This document shows positions 1 through 9,374 of a DNA stretch of 45,422 nt, in pieces. Numbering within the stretch: the first letter of the stretch is position 1; each line of letters begins with the position of its first letter. Below the pieces are notes generated by a model. The model saw only the letters and a program-made list of their open reading frames with translations. It was not told where the DNA came from and made no database searches. Made by a program: the position numbers and the translations under genes. Location of the stretch: assembly GCA_035474355.1 (NCBI GenBank), contig DATINK010000302.1, forward strand, positions 1-45,422. The letters run 5' to 3'. Source of the DNA: Chitinophagaceae bacterium (lineage in GTDB: Bacteria > Bacteroidota > Bacteroidia > Chitinophagales > Chitinophagaceae).

Positions 1-553
1 TCAGCAGATCGAATGCATAGGCGTCAAACCCCTCGATCTCTTCGAGAAAATTCTTTTTTTCTAATAGAAAAGATTGTTGCTGCCCGGAAGGAATCCACTT
101 AAAAGCTTCAAGCTGATCTATTTTTTCCAGGAAACGTTCGCAGACTGAATATTGGGTTTGCGTAAATACCGTTTTGAAGAAATTCCTTGCTGCTAAGATA
201 TCCAGGGAGTCGACCTTTTTTTTATGTGCGCCCAGGATGACAACCCGGAGATTCAGGAAATTCCAGCAGAGCTTAAGATCATCAGGATTTTCAAAATCAA
301 AACAGGAGACGGGGAGAATATGATCAAATTGCCATTTTTTACCAAAATCCAGCCACCCCACCCCTTCTGAAAATTGGATCTCCATCCATTTCCGGATATT
401 TTCTATGTCCAGGCCAAAAAAGGGAGCATAAAACGAGGACCCCCGCTTTTCTAAAACATATCTCCTAAAAGCGATCTGCCATTTTCTTTTTTCCCTTGAG
501 TTTATAATATCTGGGCTATTTCCTTCCCTTGGCTGCCATCGTTTTCTGGGCAT
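1..553 (-). CDS. hypothetical protein, partial (3' end runs off the left edge of the window)
   Basis: Hand translation of the reverse strand from ATG 553-551 (MPRKRWQPREGNSPDIINSREKRKWQIAF...) stays open to position 2. It is absent from the ORF track because no stop lies in the window. Weak HNH-like signature WQFDHILPVSCFDF...NFLNLRV...HKKK. An exact TAnnTTTG box lies 16 nt upstream. Confidence 0.5.
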   Translation of the reverse strand, partial: MPRKRWQPREGNSPDIINSREKRKWQIAFRRYVLEKRGSSFYAPFFGLDIENIRKWMEIQFSEGVGWLDFGKKWQFDHILPVSCFDFENPDDLKLCWNFLNLRVVILGAHKKKVDSLDILAARNFFKTVFTQTQYSVCERFLEKIDQLEAFKWIPSGQQQSFLLEKKNFLEEIEGFDAYAFDLL

Positions 554-569
554 AGTTCTAGTCTTTCAG

Positions 570-577
570 CAAAGATA
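570..577 (-). promoter_or_regulatory. Bacteroidota -7 promoter box TATCTTTG (TAnnTTTG) for the 1..553 gene
   Basis: Plus strand caaagata is TATCTTTG on the minus strand, 16 nt upstream of ATG 553. Confidence 0.4.
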
Positions 578-626
578 CAGGTTTCACATGACACGGTTTC
601 AATTTGAAACAGTTTCCCATGAAAAC

Positions 627-1055
627 TTAGAATTGAGACAAGTATCTATTTTCCAATGCTCTCATTTTGACTTTTTCAGCCTTGGTTTTGTCCCGGAGAC
701 CTCCAAGATGAAGGGCTCCATGGATAATTACCCGGCTCAACTCATTTTTTGAACTGATTTTAAGAGTCCTGGCATTATCCCTAACCCGATCGATGCTTAT
801 GAAGATTTCTCCGATAATTGGTTTCCCCGGATCGGCGAGGTTAAAAGTTATGATATCTGTGAAAAAATCATGTCCCAGGTAGTCCCGGTTTATTTTTAAT
901 AGATATGCGTCTGAGCAAAAGACCAGGTTCAGGCTTTCTAATTTCTTTTTCTTCGAAGCCAGGATCTTGTTGATTATTTTCCTGGTTCGTGCCGGTTCCG
1001 GAACCCTGAAATTCTTCTTAAGAGAAAAGAAATGAATCTTTTGCGAAGTGTTCAT
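627..1055 (-). CDS. ybeY: rRNA maturation endoribonuclease YbeY
   Basis: 142 aa. C-terminal metal-site motif IIHGALHLGG (HGxLHLxG) and a size typical of YbeY. Confidence 0.85.
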   Translation of the reverse strand: MNTSQKIHFFSLKKNFRVPEPARTRKIINKILASKKKKLESLNLVFCSDAYLLKINRDYLGHDFFTDIITFNLADPGKPIIGEIFISIDRVRDNARTLKISSKNELSRVIIHGALHLGGLRDKTKAEKVKMRALENRYLSQF

Positions 1056-1093
1056 ATTTTCAAAATTCGTAAAGAAAGAACAACCAACAAGGT

Positions 1094-1101
1094 TAGTTTT
1101 G
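1094..1101 (+). promoter_or_regulatory. -7 promoter box TAGTTTTG (TAnnTTTG) for feoA-nadD
   Basis: Exact consensus match 10 nt upstream of ATG 1112, implying a very short leader. Confidence 0.35.
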
Positions 1102-1111
1102 TTATTATAAT

Positions 1112-1348
1112 ATGGAGATGATCGTCAAATTATCAGAAATGAAGCCGGGGCAGGAGGGAATCATTCATGAGTATAACAGCAATGAGATCTTTTTGAAGCT
1201 GATGGAAATGGGATGCGTACCCGGGGAGAAGATTCTCATGGAAAAAGTAGCCCCCCTCGGTGACCCGATATCGGTAAATGTTGCGGGATATCATTTAAGC
1301 CTGCGGTTAAATGAAGCGGAGCACGTCTTCGTGAAAATAAATAACTGA
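1112..1348 (+). CDS. feoA: ferrous iron transport protein FeoA
   Basis: 78 aa small SH3-like protein. KLMEMGCVPGEKI ... GDPISVNVAGYHLSLR pattern typical of FeoA. Confidence 0.85.
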   Translation: MEMIVKLSEMKPGQEGIIHEYNSNEIFLKLMEMGCVPGEKILMEKVAPLGDPISVNVAGYHLSLRLNEAEHVFVKINN

Positions 1349-1363
1349 TTATCAGTATTTTAA

Positions 1364-1951
1364 ATGAAAATTGGCCTTTATTTCGGGTCTTTTAATCCCA
1401 TTCATGTCGGCCACCTGGTCATTGCAAACTACATTCTCAACGAAACAGAATTAGAAAAGATCTGGTTTGTGGTCTCTCCACAAAACCCACTCAAGCCCTC
1501 TTCCAATTTATTAAACGAATATCATCGCCTTCACCTGGTTCGTATAGCCACGGAAGAAGACAACCGGATCAAAGCCTCCGATATAGAATTTTCTTTACCG
1601 AAACCATCTTATACCGTGAATACACTTGCCTGGCTGGATGAAAAACACCCTGAGCATCAATTCAGCATCATCATGGGAAGCGATAGTTTCCAAAATATTC
1701 ATAAATGGAAAAATTATGAGGTCATCCTGAAGAATTATCCCATTTATATCTATCCACGGCCCGGATTTGAAGTAACCCTTCCGCCGGAAGGGAATATCCG
1801 TATTGTCAAAGCGCCTTTATTGGAAATTTCGGCTACACAAGCCCGTGAGTATATCCGGGAAGGAAAATCCGTCAGGTACATGATCCCGGAAAAAGTACTG
1901 GATGAAATTGAGAAAGGCCGTTATTATAAAATGCAGGATCAGAAAAAGTAA
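1364..1951 (+). CDS. nadD: nicotinate-nucleotide adenylyltransferase
   Basis: 195 aa. N-terminal [11 protein letters not shown] (HxGH nucleotidyltransferase motif) and C-terminal ISATQAR (ISSTxxR-like) motif. Confidence 0.9.
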   Translation: MKIGLYFGSFNPIHVGHLVIANYILNETELEKIWFVVSPQNPLKPSSNLLNEYHRLHLVRIATEEDNRIKASDIEFSLPKPSYTVNTLAWLDEKHPEHQFSIIMGSDSFQNIHKWKNYEVILKNYPIYIYPRPGFEVTLPPEGNIRIVKAPLLEISATQAREYIREGKSVRYMIPEKVLDEIEKGRYYKMQDQKK

Positions 1952-3180
1952 CCCAACAAGAGACAGGCCAATACAATAATAGGGGAGGCTAGGCGGGTAA
2001 AATTCAACAAAAGAAAAGTCCCAACGATCACCGCTACATTGATCAGGCTGACCGTCTTGAATTCTGTCAGTGAAATATCCTTCATGATGTAAATAGTAGA
2101 AGCGATCATGATCCCCACCACTACCGCATTGATGCCTTCCAGCGATCGATAAACAGCCGCGTATTTTTTAAGATTGTTCCAGATCGGAAAAAAGAAAAGA
2201 ACCAGCAAGGCGCTGGGCAAAAAAATGGCCACCAGGCCAATGATACAGCCCACCACCTGCATCTCAGCTCCCATATCTTTTAGCGCCATACCTCCGGCAA
2301 ATGCAGCAATTGAAAAAACAGGACCCGGCACCGCGCGTACGATACCCATGGCCGTATATAATTCTTCTTTGTCGATCTTAATAACGGCAGAATCTTTTTC
2401 CACGATACTGGCAGGCCGTATACAAAATTGTTCATACATCATAGGCATCAGCACCTGGCCGCCGCCAAAAACCAGGCTTCCCATCCGGTAGGTGTTCTCA
2501 AAAAGATTGATCGGCTTACGGTTGGGCCATTCACCCAGCCGCGCCATTTCACTGATAAATCCGGCCACAATAAAAATGACTCCGAATAACCAGAAATTCC
2601 ACCATTTGATCGTTTTTGGTTTCTGCTCCACCTGTGGAATACGCTTGTGGCTAATATTGGTAACCACACCTCCTAAAATAATGAGCAAGGGAAAGATAAA
2701 GGGCAGCTTGAATAAAAAATAGGTTGCAACAGCGCCTACCAACATGATCACTCTTGTAATGGGATTAAAAACGCCATGTGGAAATGCGGCCACCGATGCA
2801 TAAACAAGAAAGCCTGCAGCCATGGGGGGAATGAATTTGAAAATATCGGTATCCAGCGCCCGCTTGTCTATATAATGCAGCAGGAAGGAAAGCGCACCCA
2901 TTAATATACAGGCCGGCGCTATCCAAATAAGCAGGGTGAGCACTGCCAGGGGAACCCCACCTCGTTTATAACCGATAAGCGTAAGCGTTTGGGTAGAAGA
3001 AGCGCCGGGGAGCAGCTGGCAAAATGCATTGTATTCCAGGAGTTATTTCTCGGTTACATAGGGCCGCCGCTGCACAAAGGTTTTCATCATCATGGCCAGG
3101 TGAGCCTGGGGACCCCCAAAGGCCGTGATACTATGAAAAAAAACTGCCCGTAAGAAAGGAACGTGTCTTAAAAGCGGCAT
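1939..3180 (-). pseudogene. chrA: chromate transporter ChrA interrupted by an in-frame TAA at codon 46 (3043-3045)
   Basis: ATG 3180 gives [45 protein letters not shown][33 protein letters not shown]. This continues in the same frame into the 334-aa track ORF (GTG 2943). The conserved CHR motifs FGGP and QLLPG.SSTQ flank the stop. Confidence 0.6.
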
Positions 3181-3265
3181 CTGACTTTAAATATAAATAA
3201 ATTCAGCCAAGCAGGATTGGTGGAAGCACAATAGACTATTTCCGGTACATTCATAAAAAAAATTC

Positions 3266-4570
3266 ATGACTAGACCCCTGGTTACTGCCATATTATTTTT
3301 TGTTTCATTCTCCGGGGCCGCACAGGATGATGTGGCGAAGCTTAAAATAAAGATTGCAAGCGAAACGGATAAGATCGAACAAAAATGCATTGCCTGGCGA
3401 AGAGATTTTCACGAGCACCCCGAACTGGGTAATCACGAAACCCGCACGGCCGGGATCATCGCCGCGCATTTAAGAAAATTGGGGCTGGAAGTAAAAGAAG
3501 GGGTTGCAAAAACAGGCGTCGTTGGATTACTGAAAGGCGGAAAACCCGGACCCTGTATTGCGCTCAGGGCTGACATGGATGCTTTACCGATCGTTGAAAA
3601 AGTTGACCTGCCTTTTGCATCCAAACAAAAAAGTACTTACAATGGGGAAGAAGTAGGCGTGATGCATGCCTGCGGACACGATACACACGTTTCCATACTG
3701 ATGAGCGTGGCGGAAATACTTTCAGGAATGAAAGCAGATCTGAAAGGCTCAGTGAAATTCATATTTCAACCTGCAGAAGAAGGTCCCCCGGAAGGAGAGG
3801 AAGGCGGTGCACCCCTGATGGTAAAAGAAGGAGTGATGGATGATCCTAAAGTCGATGTAATATTCGGGATGCATATTGAATCTGCGATCGAAGTCGGGAG
3901 ACTGGAGTATAAACCGGGTTCATTTATGGCATCCTCCGATTGGTTTACCATAAAAGTGAAAGGAAAAGGAAGCCATGGATCACAACCCTGGTTAGGTATC
4001 GACCCCATACAGGTTTCGGCCCAGATCATAGAGGGCTTACAAAATATCGTGAGCCGTCAAATGGAATTGACAAAGGCGCCGGTAGTGATATCGGTTGGGA
4101 AGATCAATGGAGGTGTGAGAAGTAATATCATACCGGAAGAATGTATCATGCAGGGAACCATTCGCACCCTCGATAGCAAAATGCAGCAATCCGTTTGGGA
4201 AAAAATCAAATTAACTGCCACGAAGATCGCCGAAGCTTCCGGTGCCACCGCAGAAGTAACGATCGATACAAAAACACTGGTCACCTACAATACACCCGAG
4301 CTGGTGAAAAAAATGATTCCTTCCCTTCAGTCGGCAGCCGGTGCTGCCAATGTCGCCGAAAGAGAATGGGTAACCGGCGCAGAAGACTTTTCATTTTATG
4401 GAACAAAAGCACCTTCATTCTTCATTTATTTGGGAGGAATGCCGAAGGGAAACGACCCTCAAAAAGCCCCGCCGCACCATACAGCGGGATTTTTCATCGA
4501 TGAAAGCGGCATGAAGACCGGCATCAGGGCCTTTTGCGATTTGGTGATCGATTACCTCAACCAGAAGTGA
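3266..4570 (+). CDS. M20D-family amidohydrolase (aminoacylase/hippurate hydrolase-like), secreted
   Basis: 434 aa. N-terminal signal peptide. ALRADMDALP, HACGHDTH and FQPAEEG motifs. Confidence 0.85.
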   Translation: MTRPLVTAILFFVSFSGAAQDDVAKLKIKIASETDKIEQKCIAWRRDFHEHPELGNHETRTAGIIAAHLRKLGLEVKEGVAKTGVVGLLKGGKPGPCIALRADMDALPIVEKVDLPFASKQKSTYNGEEVGVMHACGHDTHVSILMSVAEILSGMKADLKGSVKFIFQPAEEGPPEGEEGGAPLMVKEGVMDDPKVDVIFGMHIESAIEVGRLEYKPGSFMASSDWFTIKVKGKGSHGSQPWLGIDPIQVSAQIIEGLQNIVSRQMELTKAPVVISVGKINGGVRSNIIPEECIMQGTIRTLDSKMQQSVWEKIKLTATKIAEASGATAEVTIDTKTLVTYNTPELVKKMIPSLQSAAGAANVAEREWVTGAEDFSFYGTKAPSFFIYLGGMPKGNDPQKAPPHHTAGFFIDESGMKTGIRAFCDLVIDYLNQK

Positions 4571-6697
4571 TCATTTAAAAATCTGGTAGACCAATAAACT
4601 CATCAAATAAGCCAGGCCGGTCATGTATATAAGTTGAATGATGGGCCATTTCCAGCTTCGTGTTTCTCGTTTAACAACCGCCAGTGTGCTCATACACTGC
4701 ATGGCAAAGACATAAAAGATCATTAGTGATAAGCCGGTTGCCAGGTTAAATACGGGTTTGCCATCGGGACGCACCGCTTCCTTCATTTTTGCTTTGAGCA
4801 TGAGATCATTTTTTTCATCCCCGACACTATATAGCGTTGCCATGGTTCCCACAAAAACTTCCCTGGCTGCAAAAGAAGTGATCAGCGCTATGCCGATCTT
4901 CCAATCATATCCAAGCGGCGCTATCGCGGGCTCGATAGACTTACCCAATATGCCTGCGTAGGAACTCTCCAGTTTAGCCGTATGGTATTCTTTGTCGAGT
5001 TTGGCGATATCAGCGCCGGGTGCCGCCTTCAGTTGTTCATAATGCTGGGTTACATTTTTCATAGAGTTGCCGGGGCCGAATGAACAAAGCCCCCACAATA
5101 TCAAACTGATGACCATGATCACCTTGCCGGCATCGGTTACAAAAATCCGGGCCTTGCTGATCATAACCGGAATCACATTCTTCCATCTTGGTGAACGATA
5201 GACAGGTAATTCCAGAATGAAAAAACTTTTCTCTTTTATTTTAATGAACCACTTGCCCACCCAGGAAACGATCAGCGCCATCACAAGTCCGAGTATATAC
5301 AATCCCATCATCACCAGGCCCTGCACGCCCAGGAAGCCGAGGAGATAGGTTTTGGGAATCACGAGACCTATTAATATGGTATATACAGGGAGGCGGGCTG
5401 AACAACTCATCAGCGGGGTGATCAGGATGGTCAGTAAGCGCTCTTTACGGTTGTCGATATTACGTGCACTCATGATCGCGGGAACGGCACAGGCAAATCC
5501 CGAGATCATCGGCATCACGCTTTTACCATTCAGTCCCACACTGCGCATGAGCCTGTCCGACAGGAAACTGATCCTGGCCATATAACCCGTGTCTTCCAGC
5601 AGCGTGATCAGTCCAAAAAGGATCATGATCTGTGGAACAAACATGAGTATGCCCCGAAGGCCTGCAATAAAACCATTGATCAATAAGTCGGTCCAGCGGT
5701 TATGAGGCAGTGAACCGGAAAGCATCTGGCTGAGTTTTGCAAAACCCATATCGATCCAATCCATCGGGAACTGGGCCAGCCAAAAAATACTTTGGAACAA
5801 AAGAAACAATACCCCGAACAAAATAAGATAACCCCATTGCCTGTGTAAAAGGATATTGTCCAGCTTTTCTGTCATTAAAGATTTCTGTAAGGGATCGGGG
5901 GCGGAAACGGCGAGTTGTAAAATGTGTTTGATGCGGCTATATCGCTGAAGGATCTCTTCTGCCTGTGTTTTCGTGGCATTGAAATTGTTTTTCTGCTCAA
6001 TGGTCTCTATAGCATCCTGCAGGTCGATGTCCAGGTTGAATGATTCGTGATTAATGAGATAATGAATCGCAGCATAGTCGCTTACGTTTGGAAGCACCTG
6101 TCTTAGCTCATCGATCGTTTCCGCTGCCAGCGCTTTATTATCGATCAGGTCACGGGCCGGTGCCTGGTAGAGATGTTGTGCTGTTTGTTCAATGGCTTTC
6201 TTTAATTGTGGGATCCCTTTTGATTTTCGGGGATTTACAGGAATGACGGGAACACCCAATTCTCTTTCCAGTTCGGCGATATCGATCTTGATGCCTTTTC
6301 TTTTGGCAAGGTCCATCATCGTCAATGCGATCACCACCGGCTTTTTCAGGTCGATGATCTGTGTACATAAAAGAAGATTACGCTGCAGGTTGCTGGCATC
6401 CGCAGCAACAACGATGACAGAGGCTTTTACAGACTTATCCTGGTCAAGCATCACTTTATAACTTAACCATTCATCTTCTCTCCTGGGATAAAGACTGTAG
6501 GTTCCCGGCAGATCAATCAATTCAGCATTGAGGGTCGGGGATATCGCGGAGCTTCCCGTTTTTTTATCAACGGTAACGCCCGGAAAATTCCCCACTTTTT
6601 GATGAAGCCCCGTAAGGCAGTTAAACAAGGAGCTTTTCCCACTGTTGGGGTTACCAACCAGGGCTATATAGAGCTTTTCTTTTTTCAATATTTGCAC
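4571..6697 (-). CDS. feoB: ferrous iron transporter FeoB
   Basis: 708 aa. G-domain motifs GNPNSGKSSLFN and DLPGTYS followed by a polytopic permease domain. GTG start at 6697; a TTG three codons downstream is an alternative. Confidence 0.95.
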   Translation of the reverse strand: MQILKKEKLYIALVGNPNSGKSSLFNCLTGLHQKVGNFPGVTVDKKTGSSAISPTLNAELIDLPGTYSLYPRREDEWLSYKVMLDQDKSVKASVIVVAADASNLQRNLLLCTQIIDLKKPVVIALTMMDLAKRKGIKIDIAELERELGVPVIPVNPRKSKGIPQLKKAIEQTAQHLYQAPARDLIDNKALAAETIDELRQVLPNVSDYAAIHYLINHESFNLDIDLQDAIETIEQKNNFNATKTQAEEILQRYSRIKHILQLAVSAPDPLQKSLMTEKLDNILLHRQWGYLILFGVLFLLFQSIFWLAQFPMDWIDMGFAKLSQMLSGSLPHNRWTDLLINGFIAGLRGILMFVPQIMILFGLITLLEDTGYMARISFLSDRLMRSVGLNGKSVMPMISGFACAVPAIMSARNIDNRKERLLTILITPLMSCSARLPVYTILIGLVIPKTYLLGFLGVQGLVMMGLYILGLVMALIVSWVGKWFIKIKEKSFFILELPVYRSPRWKNVIPVMISKARIFVTDAGKVIMVISLILWGLCSFGPGNSMKNVTQHYEQLKAAPGADIAKLDKEYHTAKLESSYAGILGKSIEPAIAPLGYDWKIGIALITSFAAREVFVGTMATLYSVGDEKNDLMLKAKMKEAVRPDGKPVFNLATGLSLMIFYVFAMQCMSTLAVVKRETRSWKWPIIQLIYMTGLAYLMSLLVYQIFK

Positions 6698-6722
6698 CTA
6701 TTTTACAATACCGTGATAAATG

Positions 6723-6730
6723 CAAAAATA
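6723..6730 (-). promoter_or_regulatory. -7 promoter box TATTTTTG (TAnnTTTG) for feoB
   Basis: Plus strand caaaaata, 26-33 nt upstream of the feoB start. Confidence 0.35.
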
Positions 6731-6800
6731 AACCCAAGCATCACATGCAAGCTTACGAAATGCGATTTTTACCTTTACGCCGTCACCAATTATTCCACCA

Positions 6801-8468
6801 ATGAATTATTCGCGGATAGCTTCCCTGGCGTTACTGACCCTGCTGTGTTCCTGTTCCCCGACGAAAAAACTTGAGAAAAAAACAGATTCCCAAACACTTG
6901 AAAATCTCAAAAGCCATATCCAATACCTGGCAGATGATAAACTGGAAGGAAGAAGAACAGGCTCAGAAGGAGAGAAGCTGGCGATGGAATATATCGGCAA
7001 CCAGTTCAAAGAAATCGGCCTTCTGCCAAAAGGCCCGACAAGCTATTTCCAGTCTTTCGTTGTGGATGACGGAAAAAAAATTAAACCCGGAACCCAATTG
7101 AGCATTAATGGAAATACATTGACTCCTGAAACCGATTTCTTTCCTTTCCCCTACAGCCCGAATCAAAGCCTGGAAGCCCTTCCCGCGGTCGCTGTGCAGG
7201 AATCTGATATGCCCTGGTTTGTGGACTTGAAAGAAACGCTTGAAGAAAATAAGGATAACCCCCGTTTTGATATCAATGAATACATCAGGACAAACAGCAA
7301 AAAAGCAAAGGAACGTGGCGCTTCTGCTATTTTTTATTACAATAGTTCGGGGATTGAAGACAACCTGAAGTATGAGCCCAAAGACAAAACAGACGATTCT
7401 TCAATTCCAGTTATCTATATATCTAAGAAGATTGCGGAAAAATATTTTTCCGATAAAAGCGCAACGATCAATATTAAAATGAAGACGGTCATCGGGAAAA
7501 GCACGCGGATAGGGCATAATGTAATTGGGTATATCGATAATAACGCAGCTTCCACGATCGTGCTCGGGGCTCATTACGATCACCTGGGTTATGGCGAAGA
7601 CGGCGGCTCACTGGATCCCGCAAAAACAAAATCTATACACAATGGTGCGGATGATAACGCAAGCGGAACAGCGGCGTTAATAGAGCTGGCAAGAAAATTA
7701 AAGGGATCAAATTCAAAAAAAGACAACTATCTCTTCATTGCATTTTCCGGGGAAGAGCTTGGATTATTCGGGTCCAAACATTTTACTGAAAACCCGACGA
7801 TCGACCTGAAGACGGTGGATTGTATGATCAATATGGACATGGTGGGCAGGCTGAACGACAGTTCCAAAGTGGTAACCGTTGGAGGTTATGGAACGTCGCC
7901 AACCTGGGGATTGCTTTTTAACAACGTGAACGACCCACACATATTTAACAATCGCCTCGTATTCCGGTTTGATAGTACCGGTACCGGCCCCAGCGATCAT
8001 ACTTCTTTCTACCGTAAGGATATTCCGGTTCTGTTTTATTTCACCGGGATTCATTCGGATTATCACAAGCCCTCGGATGATGCGGACAAGATCAATTACA
8101 GGGGAGAGGAAGCCGTCGTTGATCATATTTTCAACCTGGTACTAAACCTGGGCAACCGCGAGAAACTGGTGTTTACAAAAACACGGGAAACGCAGATGTC
8201 AACAGGATCCCGACCCGGCGTTTCACTCGGGATCATGCCGGATTATACTTTTTCCGGTTCAGGTGTCAGGGCCGATGGGATCAGCGAGGGGAAAGCTGCC
8301 CAGAAAGCAGGATTGAAAGCGGGAGACGTGATTATTCAATTAGGGGACCTGCCCATATCCTCACTTGAAAATTACATGAAAGCACTTGGCACGTTTAAGA
8401 AAGGAGACAAGACCAAAGTAAAGATCAAACGCGGAAACGAGACTTTAGAGGTCCCCGTTGAATTCTAA
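6801..8468 (+). CDS. M28-family zinc aminopeptidase lipoprotein with C-terminal PDZ domain
   Basis: 555 aa. Lipobox LLCSCS. M28 motifs HYDH, NGADDNASG, FSGEELGLFGS and DYHKPSDD. C-terminal PDZ-like GLKAGDVIIQLG. Confidence 0.8.
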   Translation: MNYSRIASLALLTLLCSCSPTKKLEKKTDSQTLENLKSHIQYLADDKLEGRRTGSEGEKLAMEYIGNQFKEIGLLPKGPTSYFQSFVVDDGKKIKPGTQLSINGNTLTPETDFFPFPYSPNQSLEALPAVAVQESDMPWFVDLKETLEENKDNPRFDINEYIRTNSKKAKERGASAIFYYNSSGIEDNLKYEPKDKTDDSSIPVIYISKKIAEKYFSDKSATINIKMKTVIGKSTRIGHNVIGYIDNNAASTIVLGAHYDHLGYGEDGGSLDPAKTKSIHNGADDNASGTAALIELARKLKGSNSKKDNYLFIAFSGEELGLFGSKHFTENPTIDLKTVDCMINMDMVGRLNDSSKVVTVGGYGTSPTWGLLFNNVNDPHIFNNRLVFRFDSTGTGPSDHTSFYRKDIPVLFYFTGIHSDYHKPSDDADKINYRGEEAVVDHIFNLVLNLGNREKLVFTKTRETQMSTGSRPGVSLGIMPDYTFSGSGVRADGISEGKAAQKAGLKAGDVIIQLGDLPISSLENYMKALGTFKKGDKTKVKIKRGNETLEVPVEF

Positions 8469-8504
8469 TTTGTAATTTGGTACTGCTTTAGAACCCAACC
8501 ACGA

Positions 8505-8954
8505 ATGGCAGAACGAGGTACCAAACTACTCCTGGATAACCAGGAAGTCACCGATGTTTTTTTTGAAGAAACAAAATTGCTCGGGGTGATGGCCCCGTTA
8601 AGGGATTATCTCTTTTGCTGGCATATCAATGAAACGCTGGGGATGGATTTCCGGATGAATAATGACATAGAGATTCAGCTGACCAGGAAAAAGAGGAATT
8701 ATTTTTTCAGGGTTTACGAATTCTGTGTGCCTTCGCGTTCACTCTCCCATTTTGTATATAACAACCAGTTTGACGGGGAATACCTTTTACCTGAATTCAA
8801 GCACCTTGATTATTTATGGTTGATGAAAGGGGAAGAAATAGGAGATGAGCTGTTGAATGAAACCATTGGCGCTATCCGCAGCATTCATGGTGTTCAATTG
8901 GTGCTGGAGCTGAGCCCGGAAAAGATAAAGAATAAAGAACACCTGGTCTTTTAA
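8505..8954 (+). CDS. IPExxxVDY family protein (Bacteroidota-specific, function unknown)
   Basis: 149 aa. LPEFKHLDY matches the family-naming [IL]PExxx[VL]DY motif, and the size is right. Confidence 0.55.
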   Translation: MAERGTKLLLDNQEVTDVFFEETKLLGVMAPLRDYLFCWHINETLGMDFRMNNDIEIQLTRKKRNYFFRVYEFCVPSRSLSHFVYNNQFDGEYLLPEFKHLDYLWLMKGEEIGDELLNETIGAIRSIHGVQLVLELSPEKIKNKEHLVF

Positions 8955-8955
8955 T

Positions 8956-9071
8956 GCCCCCATCCCCTAAAGGGAAGTAAAACAATATATATGAAACTAA
9001 ATTTCGAGTCATTAAAGTTTTTTTATCCCGAATCTAATAAAGACAAACACCCCCCTTTAGGGGATGGGGGC
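8956..9071. mobile_element. MITE-like non-autonomous element with perfect 19-bp terminal inverted repeats
   Basis: GCCCCCATCCCCTAAAGGG (8956-8974) is the exact reverse complement of 9053-9071. A 78-bp AT-rich core lies between them and has no ORF of its own. Confidence 0.6.
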
Positions 9072-9308
9072 TGGAAGGAAGCAGATAATAAATTGTACAG
9101 GAAATTTGAATTTAAGAATTTCAGCGAAGCATTTGCTTTTATGACCCGTGTAGCACTAGAGGCTGAAAAAATGGATCATCACCCGCTTTGGACAAACGTT
9201 TGGAATACTGTTGAAATATGGTTGTCTACCCACGATGCAGGCAATATTGTAACAGACAAGGACAAAAAACTGGCAAAACGAATAGATAGCATCGTTGAAA
9301 AAGTGTAG
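8991..9308 (+). CDS. phhB: 4a-hydroxytetrahydrobiopterin (pterin-4a-carbinolamine) dehydratase; the first 27 codons are encoded by the inserted element
   Basis: [44 protein letters not shown] is the PCD core. The only in-frame ATG (8991) lies inside the inverted-repeat element. Confidence 0.85.
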   Translation: MKLNFESLKFFYPESNKDKHPPLGDGGWKEADNKLYRKFEFKNFSEAFAFMTRVALEAEKMDHHPLWTNVWNTVEIWLSTHDAGNIVTDKDKKLAKRIDSIVEKV

Positions 9309-9374
9309 ACAGGCACACTGAGATATCAGCTAAAAAAACATAACCAGGCAGGATTACCCACACGATCATTTGCT

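Noticed and set aside
2174-2722. Track ORFs nested antisense or out of frame in long, recognisable genes. Examples: 2174-2491, 2448-2669 and 2492-2722 in chrA; 3433-4503 in the M20 gene; 11410-11871 in selD; 12257-12677 in the secreted protein gene; 14989-15773 in rho; 36736-37287 in the kinase gene.
   Set aside because: They have no family resemblance, show low-complexity or biased composition typical of shadow frames, and are fully covered by a better-supported CDS.
3043-3045. The chrA internal stop as selenocysteine or other recoding, since selD is nearby.
   Set aside because: The codon is TAA, not TGA, at a position normally occupied by an acidic or basic residue. selD itself uses Cys, and no SECIS-like context is evident.
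7073-7080. A8/T8 homopolymers as phase-variation switches (7073-7080 in the M28 gene, 3136-3143 in the chrA N-terminal fragment, about 25577-25584 in the SNF2 gene, and the T-run at 18605-18612).
   Set aside because: The runs are short for slippage switches. All current frames are intact across them, and they are expected occasionally in AT-leaning Lys/Phe-rich sequence.
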